A DNA stretch of 64,000 nt from the human T2T-CHM13v2.0 reference genome, Homo sapiens, in the NCBI RefSeq assembly GCF_009914755.1, contig NC_060934.1; one strand, 5' to 3'. Made by a program: the position numbers and the translations under genes. Of this stretch, positions 1 to 16,530 are shown one piece after another. Position 1 is the first letter of the stretch, and every line of letters begins with the position of its first letter. Below the pieces are notes generated by a model. That model saw only the letters and a list, made by a program, of their open reading frames with translations, was not told the origin of the DNA and searched no databases.

Positions 1-659
1 TATTACAGTGATTCTTTTTCTTGTTTCTAAAAGAATAAATGAATAGTTTTTTGTTAATAATTAATGTAGGCCTCTGCTTACCTGCTTTATACATTCTTTA
101 CCTGCCTGTACGTAGCACTTGCCTATGCAAGTATTCATTTACTGAAAAAGTTACCAACTTTGTAGCCTTGAAATCATTTAAAAAATATGTTAACTGACTT
201 GAATACTCTGGTTAGAAGCAAAATGCATACCTTCTACTTGAAGGAATTTGTTTTCACCTTTACTGAAAAAAATACATATTTAGTTGTATTTTAAACACTA
301 CTTATTTTGACATAGTAATCACTTTATAGTTTTCTAGGAAGTTCATCTTTGTATGCATTTTATATCTCCTATTCTTTTCTTGTAAAGATTAGGTTACAAT
401 TAAAATAATTCAAAGATCATTGGGAGGTACTGCATTAAACTGTGGGTTGGATCTTGCCTTTTGTCTTGTTCAAACTGCACCTCTCCTTTTATTTTTTTCA
501 ATCTGAAGATAGTAGCATGCTTAGAGCATGAATGTAAGCCATGTGGTGGCTAAGATAGAGAAGGCAGAGATGGATGACTTCAGAGGAAGTAAGTGTTTGA
601 CAGGAGACTGGACTGGGTGATGGTGTGAACCAAAGTCAAGGTCACAGGGAGAAAAAGAG

Positions 660-816
660 CAGGCTGGCTTCATGGGTGTGCAACCTGTACAGTTACACAA
701 GGCTCAGCTTTTTTAATGTTCTGCTACTGCTATGTTGAAATTCTTAATCAATTTCACACAAGAGGCCCTGAATTTTTATTTTGCACTGAGTCTCACAAAT
801 TATCTAGCCTGTTCTG
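660..816 (+). mobile_element. MER91A-like non-autonomous hAT DNA transposon
   Basis: caggctggcttcatgggtgtgcaacctg...ttttgcactgagtctcacaaattatctagcctgttctg resembles the MER91A consensus, with degenerate terminal inverted repeats. Confidence 0.65.
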
Positions 817-2600
817 CAGATGAGAAATAACAGGAAGCAGAAATTTCTTGTCTTTTTAGTTATTAATTCCTTTTCCCAGATTAGCCAAAATGGGAATTAT
901 TTTTTAAATGATGACTTACGGACATTTAAAAAAATGTGGAAAATTAACCTAATTTGAAAGCAGTTGTGTGTGTATGTATGTTATTTAGTAATTTACCCAA
1001 GTATTGGAGAGGGGAAAAAGGAGCTTGTTAAATTTTCTTATGGAAGTGTCAAAGGTGGTCAAACTTCCAATAGACTTTACCAAGTCAGTATGTAATATAC
1101 ATAGTTTGAGAAGTAAAAACAATTGGTATTACAGAATTGTATGTCTGAATTACCTACTACGTGCTGGGCTTTACCCAGAAAAGTGTTTCTTTACCCATAA
1201 AGCCTGATGCTTTATATTCAGTACAGTACTTTATTATTTAGTAATTATTCTTTCCTAGTATTATTTCTAAAGTGGTAATTGTTTCTTGCCTTTATAGTGC
1301 TTGTAAACTTTATTTTTTAAAGATTTTGGAAATTAAAATTTAGAAATTTATAAGCCCATTGTGGTTTTTACACAGTCCTGTCAGTTTACTAGTTTTATTT
1401 GATAGCTATCTAATACGCACCTGTTTAAAGTGGAACGTGTTTCTATTACACCTAGGCTCTTTTTTTTTTTAAAATTTAAGTTCTGGGATACATCTGCAGT
1501 TTGTTACATAGGTATACATGTGTCATGGTGGTTTGTTGCACCCATCAACCCGTCATCTACATTAGGTATTTCTCCTAATGCTATCCCCCACCTAGCCTCC
1601 CACACCTCAACAGGCCCCAGTGTGTGATGTTCCCTCCCTGTGTCCATGTGTTCTCATTGTTCAACTCCCACTTATGAGTGAGAACATGCGGTGTTTGGTT
1701 TTCTGTTCCTGCGTTAGTTTGCTGAGAATGATGGTTTCCAACTTCATCCATGTCCCTGCAAAGGACATGAACTCATCCTTTTTATGGCTGCATAGTATTC
1801 CATGGTGTATATGTGCCACATTTTCTTTATCCAGTCTATCATTGATGGACATTTGAATTGGTTCCAAGTTTTTGCTATTGTGAACAGTGCTGCAGTAAAC
1901 ATACATATGCGTGTGTCTTTATAAGTAGAATGATTTATAATCCTTTGGGTATATACTCAATAATGGGATTGCTGGGTCAAATGGTATTTCTAGTTGTAGA
2001 TCCTTGAAGAATTGCCACACTGTCTTCCATAATGGTTGAACTAATTTACACTCCCACCAACAGTGTAAAAGCATTCTTAGTTCTGCACATCCTCTCCAGC
2101 ATCTGTTGTTTCCTGACTTTTTAATGATCGCCATTCTAACTAGCATGATGATATCTCATTGTGGCTTTGATTTGCATTTCTCTAATGACCAGTGATGATG
2201 AGTTTTTTTTTTTTCATATATTTTTTGGCCGCATAAATGTCTTCTTTTGAGAAGTGTCTGTTAATATCCTTTGCCCACTTTTTGATGGAGTTGTTTTTTT
2301 CTTGTAAATTTGTTTAAGTTCCTTGTAGATTCTGGATATTAGCCTTCTGTCAGATGGATAGGTTGCAAAAATCTTCTCCCATTCTCTCAGTTGCCTGTTC
2401 ACTCTGATGATAGTTTCTTTTGCTGTGCAGAAGCTCTTTAGTTTAATTACATTCATTTGTCAATTTTGGCTTTTGTTGCCATTGCTTTTGGTGTTTTGTT
2501 CATGAAGTGTTTGCTCATGTCTGTGTCCTGAATGGTATTGCCTAGTTTTTCTTCTAGAGTTTTTTATGGTTTTAGGTCTTATGTTTAAGTGTTTAATCTA

Positions 2601-2741
<141 letters not shown>

Positions 2742-2810
2742 TCAGATGGTTGTAGATGTGTGGTGTTATTTCTGAGGCCTCTGTTCTGTTCCATTAGTCT
2801 ATATGTTTTG

Positions 2811-5117
<2,307 letters not shown>

Positions 5118-7113
5118 GTCTATATGTTTTGATACCAGTACCATGCTGTTTTGGTTACTGTAGCCTTGTAGTATAGTTTGAAGTCAGGTAGCATGATGCC
5201 TTCAGCTTTGTTCTTTTGGCTTAGGATTGTCTTGGCTATACGGGCTCTTTTTTGGTTCCGTATGAAGTTTAAAGTGGTTTTTTCTAATTCTGTGAAGAGA
5301 GTCAATGGTAGCTTGATGGGGATAACATTCAATTTGTAAATTACCTTGGGCAGTATGGCCATTTTCACGATACTGATTCTTCCTATCCATGAGCATGGAA
5401 TGTTTTTCCATTTGTTTGTGTCCTCTCTTATTTCCTTGAACAGTGGTTTTTAGTTCTCCTTGAAGAGGTCCTTCACATCCCTTGTAAGTTGTATTCCTAA
5501 GTACTTTATTCTCTTTGTAGCAGTTGTAAATGGGAGTTCACTCATGATTTGGCTCTGTTTGTTTATTATTAGTGTATAGGAATGCTTGTGATTTTTGCAC
5601 ATTGATTTTGTATCCTGAGACTTTGCTGAAGTTGCTTATCAGCTTAAGGAGATTTGGGGCTGAGACAATGAGGTTTTCTAAATATGCAATCATGTCATCT
5701 GCAAACAGAGACAATTTGACTTCCCCTCTTCCTATTTGAATACCTTTTATTTCTTTCTCTTGCGTGATTGCCCAAGCCAGACTTCCAATACTATGTTGAA
5801 TAGGAGTGGTGAGAGAGGGCATCCTTGTCTTGTGCCGGTTTTCAAAGGGAATGCTTCTAGCTTTTGCCCATTCAGCATGATATTGGCTGTGGGTTTGTCA
5901 TAAATGGCTGTTACTGTTTTGAGTTACGTTCCATCAATACCTAGTTCCTGGAGAGTTTTTGGCATGAACGGGTGTTGAATTTTATCAAAAGCCTTTTCTG
6001 CATCTATTGAGATAATTATGTCGTTTTTGTCATTGGTTCTGTTTATGTGATGGATTATGTTGATTGATTTGCATGTGTTGCAGCTTCATCCCAGGTATGA
6101 AGCTGACCTAATCGTGGTGGATAAGCTTTTTGATACACTGCCGGATTCAGTTTGCCAATATTTTATTGAGGATTTTTGCCCCAATGTTCATCAGGGATAT
6201 TGGCCTGAAATTCTCTTTTTTTGTTGTGTATCTACCAGGTTTTGGTATCAGGATGATGCTGGCCTCATAAAATGAGTTAGGGAGGAGTCCCTCTTTTTCT
6301 GTTGTTCGAGATAGTTTCAGAAGGAATGGTAGCAGCTCCTTTTTGTACCTCTGGTAGAATTCAGCTGTGAATCCATCTGGTCCTGGGCTTTTTTTGGTTG
6401 GTAGGCTATTAATTACTGCCTCAGTTTCAGAACTTGTTATTGGTCTATTCAGGGATTTGACATCTTCCTGGTTTAGTCTTGGGAGGGTATATGTGTCCAG
6501 GAATTTATTCATTTTTTCCTAGATTTTCTAGTTTATTTGCATAGAGGTGTTTATAGTATTCTCTGATGGTAGTTTGTATTTCTGTGGGATCAGTGGTGAT
6601 ATCCCCTTTATCATTTTTTATTGTGTCTGTTTGATTCTTCTCTATTAGTCTGGCTAGCAGTCTATCTATTTTGTTAATCTTTTCAAAAAACCAGCTTCTG
6701 GATTCATTGATTATTTTAAAGGGTTTTTCGTGTCTCTATCTTTTTCAGTTGTGCTCTGATCTTAGTTATTTCTTGTCGTCTGCTAGCTTTTGAATTTGTT
6801 TGCTCTTGCTTCTCTAGTTCTTTTAATTGTGATGCACTTATTCTAAAATCAACCACATAGTTGGAAGTAAAACACTCCTCAGCAAATGCAAAAGAACGGA
6901 AATCATAACAGTATATCAGACCACAGTGCAATCAAATTAGAACTCAGGATTAAGAAACTCACTCACAACCTCACAACTGCATGGAAACTGAACAACCTGC
7001 TCCTGAATGACTACTGGGTAAATAATTAAATTAAGGCAGAAAAAAATAAGTTCTTTGATAACAATGAGAACAAAGACACACCATACCAGAATCTCTGGGA
7101 CACAGTTAAAGCA

Positions 7114-7404
<291 letters not shown>

Positions 7405-8017
7405 AAAGCAGCATTAGGAGAGAAATTTATAGCACTAAATGCTATAAATTTCTCTCCCACAAGAGAAAGCAGGAAAGAACTAAAATCGACACCCTAACCT
7501 AGGCTCTTTTTCTGGGTCTCTTTCTTTCTAAAGTTTTGCTTATTTTGTTTACTGCACAATCCAACTAAAACCAAATTTTTTACATCATTTCATTTGAGAG
7601 TTACCTTTTATTCTAATAAACTGTGGAATAACTGGGGTTGGGGAGGGAATTGCTTAAGTTCATAAGGATTCTTGCAAACTTGAATGTGTCGATACAAGAT
7701 TTTTTTTGAAAATTTGTAATTCCATTTCACGATCTCAACCAGAATTCATTATGTTTAAACCACCTGATATAGACTAAAACATTTTTTCAGGAGCACAATT
7801 GTAAAAAGGATGCAGAGAAATATTTACAACATTACTTATTTCTTTGCAGATTTAGTGAAAGTATGTCCTACTTTTACAAAATATCTTATTTTCCTCTCTT
7901 TTTTACACATATAATAGAGAACTAACTTTTATAAACTAAATGAGAAGGGAATACTAATTTTTAAATTATGATGTCACTTGTAGAATTTGTTTTAAAATTG
8001 ATAAAATACACCTCTTT

Positions 8018-8416
8018 TTTTATTATTATACTTTAAGTTCTAGGCTACGTGTGCACAACATGCAGGTTTGTTACATATGTATAAATGGCCATGTTGGTGT
8101 GCTGCACCCATTAACTCATCATTTACATTAGGTATATCTCCTGATGCTATCCCTCCCCACTCCCTCTACCCCATGACAGGCCCTGGTGTGTGATGTTCCC
8201 CTTCCTGTGTCCAAGTGTTCTCATTGTTCAATTCCTACCTATGAGTGAGAACATGCGGTGTTTGGTTTTCTGTCCTTGTGATAGTTTGCTGAGAATGATG
8301 GTGTCCAGCTTCATCCATGTCCCTACAGAGGACGTCAATTCATCCTTTTTTATGGCTGCATAGTATTCCATGGTGTATATGTGCCACATTTTCTTAATCC
8401 AGCCTATCATTGATGG
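8018..8416 (-). mobile_element. Short 5'-truncated L1PA 3' end (about L1PA5-6)
   Basis: L1 3'UTR and ORF2 C-terminus; imperfect 18-bp TSD gataaa(at/gc)acacctcttt at 8000-8017 and 8417-8434. Confidence 0.88.
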
Positions 8417-9849
8417 GATAAAGCACACCTCTTTAAGACTGCTTATAGAATGCTATGGACTCATTGGCTTGGTTTTTTATTTCCTTGGTTTCAGTCCAAA
8501 GTGTAATAAGCTTTTCAGAAAGTTTCTCCTGGATGTGTAAAGAATACCAACAGATATCAGAAAGCATCTGGCTGAAAGTTTAAGCAGGGAGTATTGTTAT
8601 TCATCCAGCGAAGGTGGTAAAACTCTCCTGTATCCTCGAAGTATAACTAACTGAGAGAGAGAGGCCCTATATAAAGCCAGCTGACTTACCCTGCAATTGC
8701 TTGTCTGGCAAACAGACAATTTTTAAAGACTCATATATTTAGGAATTTTTAAATGCCATAGAATCGATGGACAAAATGATTTTCATTTATCTTAATCCAA
8801 AATCACAAGATTGATTATATACTTAGGTTATATGGAAAATCAGCATTAGAAGCATTAGTTCTACACCTCATTTGCATGACATTATTACAAGATATTAACT
8901 GTAAAAATGAAGTAAATATAATATCTGTTCACCAGATGCCTAAAACATACAACATTAGTATAGACATATAGAAGGATCTGCAAGCAACTAAACAAGTAGC
9001 GTAAATCAAAGAATATACTGATAAAGTGGTAAGTGCCTTTTGGGCTTCTTAGGTAATAAGCCCTTGTATCTGCCAGAATAGTCTAGCAAAAAATGCATTT
9101 TTTTCTTTAGCCTAGGGAAACTTTTCACAGGAGATGGAGTTTTAGGTATTGTGTAGATGATGGGAGAAATTGCTTTTGATAAGCTTCAGTGAAAAAGGAA
9201 GGGAATGTGTCATTGCAGATAGAGAGGGAGAGAAACACTGGTAGTTGGTCGTAGACTGGTAGTGGTGTAGAAATAGAAAGCAAAACCTATTGGACAAAGG
9301 AACTGAACAGATTTGTTAAAAAGGAATGAGACAAACAGATATGAAAGATAAGGAGTAAGCTGATACAGGCTGGTGAGCTCACTGATAGCAGAGTCCACCA
9401 AGAGGCATTTAGTGGTTTTCCTTCAGGGCAAAAAGTTTGAAAGAGAAAAATATGATCTCTAAATAGGGCTACTCATAAAAAATATTGACTATTAAGAATA
9501 TAGATACAGTCTGTATCTTTAAGACTGCAATTTAGTACAATTTAATTTTGTTTATAGGCTAAACATTTTTATAATTTCATAGCGATTAACTTGATAAAAA
9601 AGGGAAAATTTCTTGGTCTTTCTGCCAATCTGTGTTTCTAACTGACCCTAAACAGCTCTGTTGGTTTCCTGCTCATGCATTAGAGCTTGTCCATAGCCAC
9701 AAGCCCCTCTTTTCCTGTCAGCCCTGCAAAGACCGCCCCTTCCAAATTGCCTTCTCCTCTTGATGGCACATCCAAGCACTAGCAAATTCGGAATCATTTT
9801 TGACTTATCGTTTCCTTTTACCCTTTTTAATCATAGGTACAATCTTTTG

Positions 9850-9985
9850 CAAGTTGCTTTATCTCTCTGACCTTAGTTTTTTCATATATAACATGGAGTT
9901 AATAAAACAATATTGCCATTTTCAGAATTCAATAAGTTAATGTGTAAAAGCACACAACATAGTGCATGGCACATAATAGTTGAGC
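9850..9985 (+). mobile_element. MIR fragment
   Basis: ctctctgaccttagttttttcatatataacatggag...aaagcacacaacatagtgcatggcacataatag resembles the MIR core and 3' end. Confidence 0.65.
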
Positions 9986-11059
9986 TTTAATTGTACATGT
10001 TACTTGTTTTTTCTATCTTCTCAACTGGTAATAATAACTCTACTGAATAGGTAGTAATTTAATGAAAAAAATTAAATGCATTGTGGTGTTTGCCAAAATT
10101 TTTGGTTTGTATGTATACACTGGATTACAGTTTTATAAATTTGTCCTCATGAAATTGATTGTCAGGTGTTTTCTCTTTAGTTGTTTTGTTAAAAGGTTAA
10201 TTGGAGCATAACAAATGCATCACTATCTTATGTAGCTCCTATAAAAACATAAATACTTTAAAATAAATTTGAAAATTAGAGGGGCTACTACATGCAACTG
10301 ATTATAGTTCTAATTTTAGTTATGAAATTTACTTCTCAACTAAGGCACAATCTCTAATTCTGTATCTGCATTGATGACTCAGTGATTTTAGAGGTTGTGA
10401 GTTGATATTTTCACATTTCTACCTATGGTAACTCATTACAGAATGTCTGATCATGATATCCTGTTCTGTGTAGCATCATAGTGGACACTTCATGATATTT
10501 CTGCTAAACCCTTTACCTGTCATAACTGTCTCCTTTCTGTTTTGCAAATTCCCTCAGCAAAGTCAAATTCAGTCCTCACTTGGTTATAAATAGCATTATA
10601 AACCATATTTTTGATTTAAATAAAGCACACAAATCTCAAAGAATGATAAAAGCATTGTTCATACTTTGTAAAACTTAATCATTGATTATAGATTAAAACT
10701 GAAACAACATGAAGGGATCAGACTCACTCACAGAAGGTTATTGAGAACCAGGAATCATAGATTTCATTCAATTCAAATTATCAGTTGTACATTGTTGCTT
10801 GTTCAAAATCATTTTACAATCCACTTTGCCCACCTCCATCTTCTTACGTTACAAAGAACTTTCATCTGCTAGGCACTGCTGATGGTAGAATGCCATGCCT
10901 TTAAGGTTTCCCTTTGGAATATAAAGTCTATGTTTTCAATAGAATTAACTGTTCGACAGAGAGAGAACAGGATTTCTGTGCAAAGATGGTACAGTGCTAG
11001 TAAAATATATAGCCCCTTTACTGTCTACATTAAGCAAGGATGATACCCTAAGAATTCTA

Positions 11060-11108
11060 GCTGCTGCTGTTGATGCTGCTGCAACTATTACTACTACTAC
11101 TTCTACTA
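11060..11108. repeat. Degenerate (CTG)n/(CTA)n trinucleotide repeat
   Basis: gctgctgctgttgatgctgctgcaactattactactactacttctacta. Confidence 0.75.
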
Positions 11109-13479
11109 ATCACGAGTATAGAAAAATATCTCTTTGATCCTGTGTGTGTGGTGGTAAGGTTTTGGGAGAAGCCATTATCTATGGGTGGTGGAATCACATA
11201 TATTTTAAAGTCTTTTCGACCATGTTCGTTTTCTAATTTTTCTCAAGTAAAAGATTCTTCTATACTTTTAAAAAAATTATAATTTAAAAAAAAATCTTAT
11301 TGGACTTGTTTAAATTATCAGATATTTTTCAGTTATGTAATTGGTTTCTGGCATACATAGACTTTTATCATTTGCTCTGCTTTAACATACCTTCATCAGT
11401 TTTATAAATACAGTTCGAAAGGATTGTTCTAAATATATATAAAGGGAAAACTTCATTTGAAAGCAAAATCTGTATTTGGGATATTTGTTGTCTTTTTTGC
11501 CTTCTAAAGGGCAATCTAGAAACACTAATATTGATTGGTTATTTTGTTTCATAATACTTTATAGCTGATTCTTGGCAAAAATGGTTGATTTCTCTTTCAT
11601 TGTAATACAATAATAAAAAAGTTACTCAGAATTTCTCCAGTGTTTTAAGAGCTGTCCAGGTTGACATCCAAAAATTTAAGAGAGCGTTAGAACATGGGAT
11701 ATCTAATTGTTAATTGAGACTGGAATTATTTCTAATAATCTTAGTTGTAAATACTAATATCTTATTAGTCTTCTTATCTTTGCTGGTATAAAAATGGTTG
11801 AAACATTTGAAATTATTTTCTCAGTTACAGTTTTGCCCTGTGTAGAAGTGTGATTATCTAAGAAGTGATTTTTTTTCAGATTTCAAATATGAAGTGTTGT
11901 TTAATACTAACATATAGTTACAAAGACTATCGTGACTATTTTTGGTGTTCTTGATTATGATTTAATACTTCATACTTTAGGAAAGACGATTTAGTTCTAA
12001 ATATATTTATAAGTGAGTTCCTAATTTTTTGTGTGCTGTAGACTTCTAAGCTATTGATATAATTGAATGTTAAGCATTTTCATTTTTTATGGCTTACTAC
12101 TTTAATGCAAAGCAGAATAAAATACTAATTTATTTCTTACCCTCAGATGATGTTGTGCTGATGTATATTTTCCAGTCTTGTCATAAGCTCACAATTACCT
12201 ACATAATGGTCTTGAACCAAACGATTAAATGGAAGACAACATTTCTGGTCTTCCATTTTAATTAGTGTGGTGCAAGACTATTATGTAGGTTTTTGTGTAA
12301 AATGTGGAATGTGAATCCTCAACTCTTTAGTCATTCTTCCTATTAGATATTGAAGCAAAATTTAAAATATGCCATTTGACTAAAGATATCAAAGTGCTTT
12401 ATAAAGATATTACAATGTACCTAAGTCCTGTTTTAGAGCACCAGAGAGAAAAATAGAAGCGCATAGAAGGAATAAATTCAGTTGCACATTTTGTATTTAA
12501 TCCAATGACTCAAAAACATGGGCACATATTTACCAAATTAAACGCTTTCATCAAACATCTTCTTGATCATACCATAAAAGCCCCCAAAGTTTTTATTGGT
12601 AGCATTGCTCTGATTAATGAAATGAGCTTCAGTGCAAAAACTTGGGCTGTTAGAATACTTACAAAACCATTATTGTCCAGTTCTATAGCTGCTACCCTAG
12701 TCCCTGGCTCTCATCTTTTTATACCTGGTTTACCACATCAGCATCCATGCTGAGAACCATGCCTCAGTCTTGCACTGCTCAAATACATTTAGTCATGAAC
12801 TTATTTATTCAGCAGACCTTTGAGGACCTACAATGTGCCAACAATTTATTTAAACAATATTTGTATATTTTCCATCCCCAGGCTAGGACTTATAGTCCCC
12901 AGTTGGTTATCAAATCTAAACTAAACTCAGCCTAAAAATTTAGAGTTCTCCAAATCTCACTTATTCTTGTTCTTTCATGCCAGTCTCCTTATGGTAACAT
13001 TCATTCTTAGCACAATGTGTGTCTGTTCCCACTTCTTGTCCTAGTGCATCATCTTTCCTCTTCAAGGATGTACTCCTTCTCCTCCTTAAAATTTTAAAAA
13101 TCATAGCTAAAACTACCCTGTGAGGTGTGAGGTTTAGGTTGGTGTAGTCATCTGACTTGGATCATTCTTTTTATTCTGGATCCTGAGAGTATCTAGAGGA
13201 AATTGCGTATTCTGGTTAATGAGTGGCTTATCACATACTGTCTTAACAACACTAAGCACTCTTTATTCAGTAAAAGTTCACACCATAAGAAAATATATTG
13301 TAATGTATTTAGTGCTTCTTCGGTGATATATAAGGTGTTCTACTTAGAAATTTAGATTTGTAGGAATGCTGGTTAATAGAAGTTTCTAATATTTACTGTC
13401 TTCCATATTTCCTGATGTTTTGTTTATTTTAAGCTATTTTAAATATTTTGCATTTCATATTTTTAACCAGGCAGTATCT

Positions 13480-13670
13480 CTGTTCCTCATTCTGAACACC
13501 CAATATGGTACTTTGAACATAATAGGGTTTCATAAAGTGCTTGATTCAGTAAAAAAAAAAATTGAACATCTACTATGTTCCAGGCATTTTGCTGGATTTC
13601 TGGACTACAATCATGAAAAGACAGTCTATTCTCTCAGCCTGCTTATAGTCTAGTGGGAAAGATAGGTTGA
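13480..13670. mobile_element. L2 3'-end fragments
   Basis: ttgaacatctactatgttccaggcattttgctgg...cttatagtctagtgggaaagatag is typical of an antisense L2 tail. Confidence 0.5.
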
Positions 13671-14552
13671 CAGACATCCCTAATATAGTATAAGTTCTTG
13701 AATACAGGTAAATACAAGAGTATAGAGTACCTAGTCTCTTCTAGGAGTGTCAAGCAAACTTTTTTAGTAGAAGCAGCCTCTGCACCAAGGAGGGAATTAG
13801 GAAATTTTAGTGCCTGATAATCTCCTTCAGTCTCCTAAATTATACCAAATGAAACAAAGTAACAGTGTGTGTTTGCTATGGGAATACACCTGGAAGTCAA
13901 ATATCCAGCATGCACTCCCTAAAGAGTGCCACCCTAAACCTTCCCATGTAGGAATGCCAGCGCCACCTCTGAGAGGAAGGGATGGCTAAACAGAGGCAAG
14001 CAGCAGACAAGAGCAGGAGGATTCCTGCAAGGGGAATATGAACAAATACCCAGTGGCAAAAACAAAACAAAACACCAAGGGGAGTTGGAAGAAGTCATTT
14101 TCCAAGGCCAGAATGTAGATTTGTTTGGACGGAGTGGATGGGGGGATATAGGCACAGTCTTTGAGCTGCAGAAGAATGCCAGGAGCCAGGTCTTAAAGGA
14201 TTTTAAATCAGTGATTTTTTAAAACCTTTATTTTCTTAACAGTAGAATTCTTAAGAATTTTAAAATTTTAACTTTAGCTCAATATTTAAAAAATAAAAAC
14301 AGAACTAGTTTGGTTTTGATGTTGTTTAAGGTTTATTTTGCTGTGCGTTTTGGTGGGGTGGTAGAAGTGTTAGTTTCCTTGGTTGCTTGCTTCTCTCTGT
14401 ACTCTACTGAGGTTAGGAATTGTGTTCTAGAGTCACATCATGTTACTAACTGGGGCTTTGTGTTCTGACTGGTAGTAGCAATAGGTTTCACCCTTTGTGA
14501 TTGAGTAGGCTCCTAGGAATTTACTTTCATCTATTCAACAAAAATGTGTATA

Positions 14553-14767
14553 CAGGTTGAGCGTCCCAAATCTGAAATGCTCCAAAATCTGAAACTTGTT
14601 GAGTGCCAATATGATGCTCAAAGGAAATGCTCAGTGGAACATTTTTAGATTTCAGATTTTCAGACTAGGGATGCTGAACCAGTAAGTATAATGTACATAT
14701 TCAAAAAAAAATCTGATATCCAAACACTTCTTTTCTCAAGGATTTTGGATAAGGTATGCTCATCCTG
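14553..14767 (+). mobile_element. Tigger4a/MER46-type MITE
   Basis: TA|caggttgagc...gctcatcctg|TA terminal inverted repeats with TA TSD; internal aaatctgaaatgctccaaaatctgaaac. Confidence 0.8.
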
Positions 14768-14769
14768 TA

Positions 14770-15280
14770 TTCTTAGTACTAGTAATGTTTCTCTGAGCAA
14801 AATAGACACAATCCCTGACCTCATGGAGTTTCCAGTATAATGCCAGAGATGGATATTAGAAAGTAATCCTGTAACTATAAGCTGTGAGATAAATGCTGTA
14901 CAGAAGAGGTCACTTACATTGAGAGATCTGTAAAGAAATGACATTTAGATAGAAACTTAAGTGGAGATCTGAACAATGAGCTGGTGGTAGACAGTGGTGT
15001 AGGCAGAGGCTGTAACATGCATGAATGCCCTGGGGGGATAAGGTTTGTGGCAGCAGTAAAGCCGGAGAGGGAGGTAGAACCCAGATTATGGACAGCCAAG
15101 TTAGGGATTTCGATTTTATCCTCAGTGTAATGAAAAAATCATCAAAAGGTTTTGAATAGTGGAATAATATAAGATGACTTGTTTTATTAAAATATTAATT
15201 ATACTATGGCTAATGTGTGGAGATTTGCTAAGAGAACAGGTAGAATGAGTGAGTATGGGGACATCAGTTACAGGAGTCAT
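14770..15280 (-). mobile_element. L2 fragment interrupted by the Tigger4a MITE
   Basis: aatagacacaatccctgacctcatggagtttccag followed by a purine-rich antisense L2 body. Confidence 0.6.
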
Positions 15281-15944
15281 ATTCTCATATCCGCCACATA
15301 GTGGGCACTCATTCACCATTTTGTGGTTAGCTGAATGATGACTAGATCACTGCCTCTGTTGTAACATCTCAAATTATTTGCACTTTAACCATGAGTTAAG
15401 TTGGATATTTTTGAGGAATCATGAAGTGTTGCTGATTTGTACTAATTTTTCCTCATAAAACTTTAGATATTTTGAACTGCTGCTTCATCTTGCCAAGGGT
15501 GAAAACAAAGCATTTATTCATTCATTCGAGAAGTGCTTAAGCTGTGCCAGGTACTGGCTGAGAGCTGAGGATACAGACTGAATGAATAAGTTAGGCATGA
15601 TATCTGCCATCAAGTGGCTTGTAGTCTGGGTAACCAGAGCTGAGTAGAGCAGGCGGTATGTTGGCCTCATACCTCCGAAGTAGTATGTCTGGAATTAGCC
15701 TGTCTGTAGTCCCAGCCTCAGTATCTGGAATATCCTAGGTGAAGATGAGATCTCTTAACAATTTAATTACATTTTCTCCTACCTCCTCTTTGTTCTAATG
15801 TATACTACTAAATTTCTACTTCGATGACCTTTGCTGAAAATACAGCCACTCTTAAGTCCTATAACACATGTGCCCAGGACCGGACAACCTAAAAATTAAA
15901 TCCTGATTCTTCTTTACTCTTAGAAAAGCTGGGACCTTCCTTAA

Positions 15945-16530
15945 TGGATTAACCTTCTATTGCTGCGTAACAAATGACAAGAAATTTAGTGATTTAAACA
16001 ACACGTATTTATTGTCTCGTGCTTCCATGGGTCAGGAGTCCAGGCACTGCTTAGCTGGCTCCTCTGCTTAAGGCAGCAATCAAGGTACCAGCCAGGCTAC
16101 ATTCTCATATCTAGCTCAGGGTCCTCTTCCAAGATCATTCAGGTTCTTGACAGAATTTGTTCCCTTGTGCTTGTAGGAAGGTTGCTTCTCTCCACAGGCA
16201 GTTCACAATATGGCTCTTCACCTTTTCACAAGTGGCAGAATAGAGAGAGTTTACTGCTTTGCCTCTCTGAATTCAGGGAAGGCCTAACTCCTCTTTTAAG
16301 GGTTCACCTGATTACATCAGGCTCTCCCAGGATAATCTCCTTTGATAAACACAAATAGCTGTTTGGGTACCTTAATTACATATGCAGAATCACTTCACAT
16401 TTGCCAGATAACATAATCACAACAGTAATATTCCATCATATTCTCAGGTCCTACTTATACTCAAGGGAAGGGGATGATAGAAGACCATGGATCATTGGAG
16501 GTCAGTCATCTTAGAATTGTGGCCACCTCA
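15945..16530 (-). mobile_element. MaLR solo LTR, MLT1E-like
   Basis: attgctgcgtaacaaat...cccaggataatctcctttgat...ccttaattacatatgcag...catcttagaatt matches the reverse MLT1E-family pattern. Confidence 0.75.

Noticed and set aside
8668-8693. TATATAAAG box on + and a strong GG|GTAAGT donor on -
   Set aside because: Isolated short motifs are expected by chance in 64 kb of AT-rich DNA, with no supporting context
11070-11282. Signal-peptide-like ORF MMLLQLLLLLLL
   Set aside because: Produced by a CTG/CTA simple repeat
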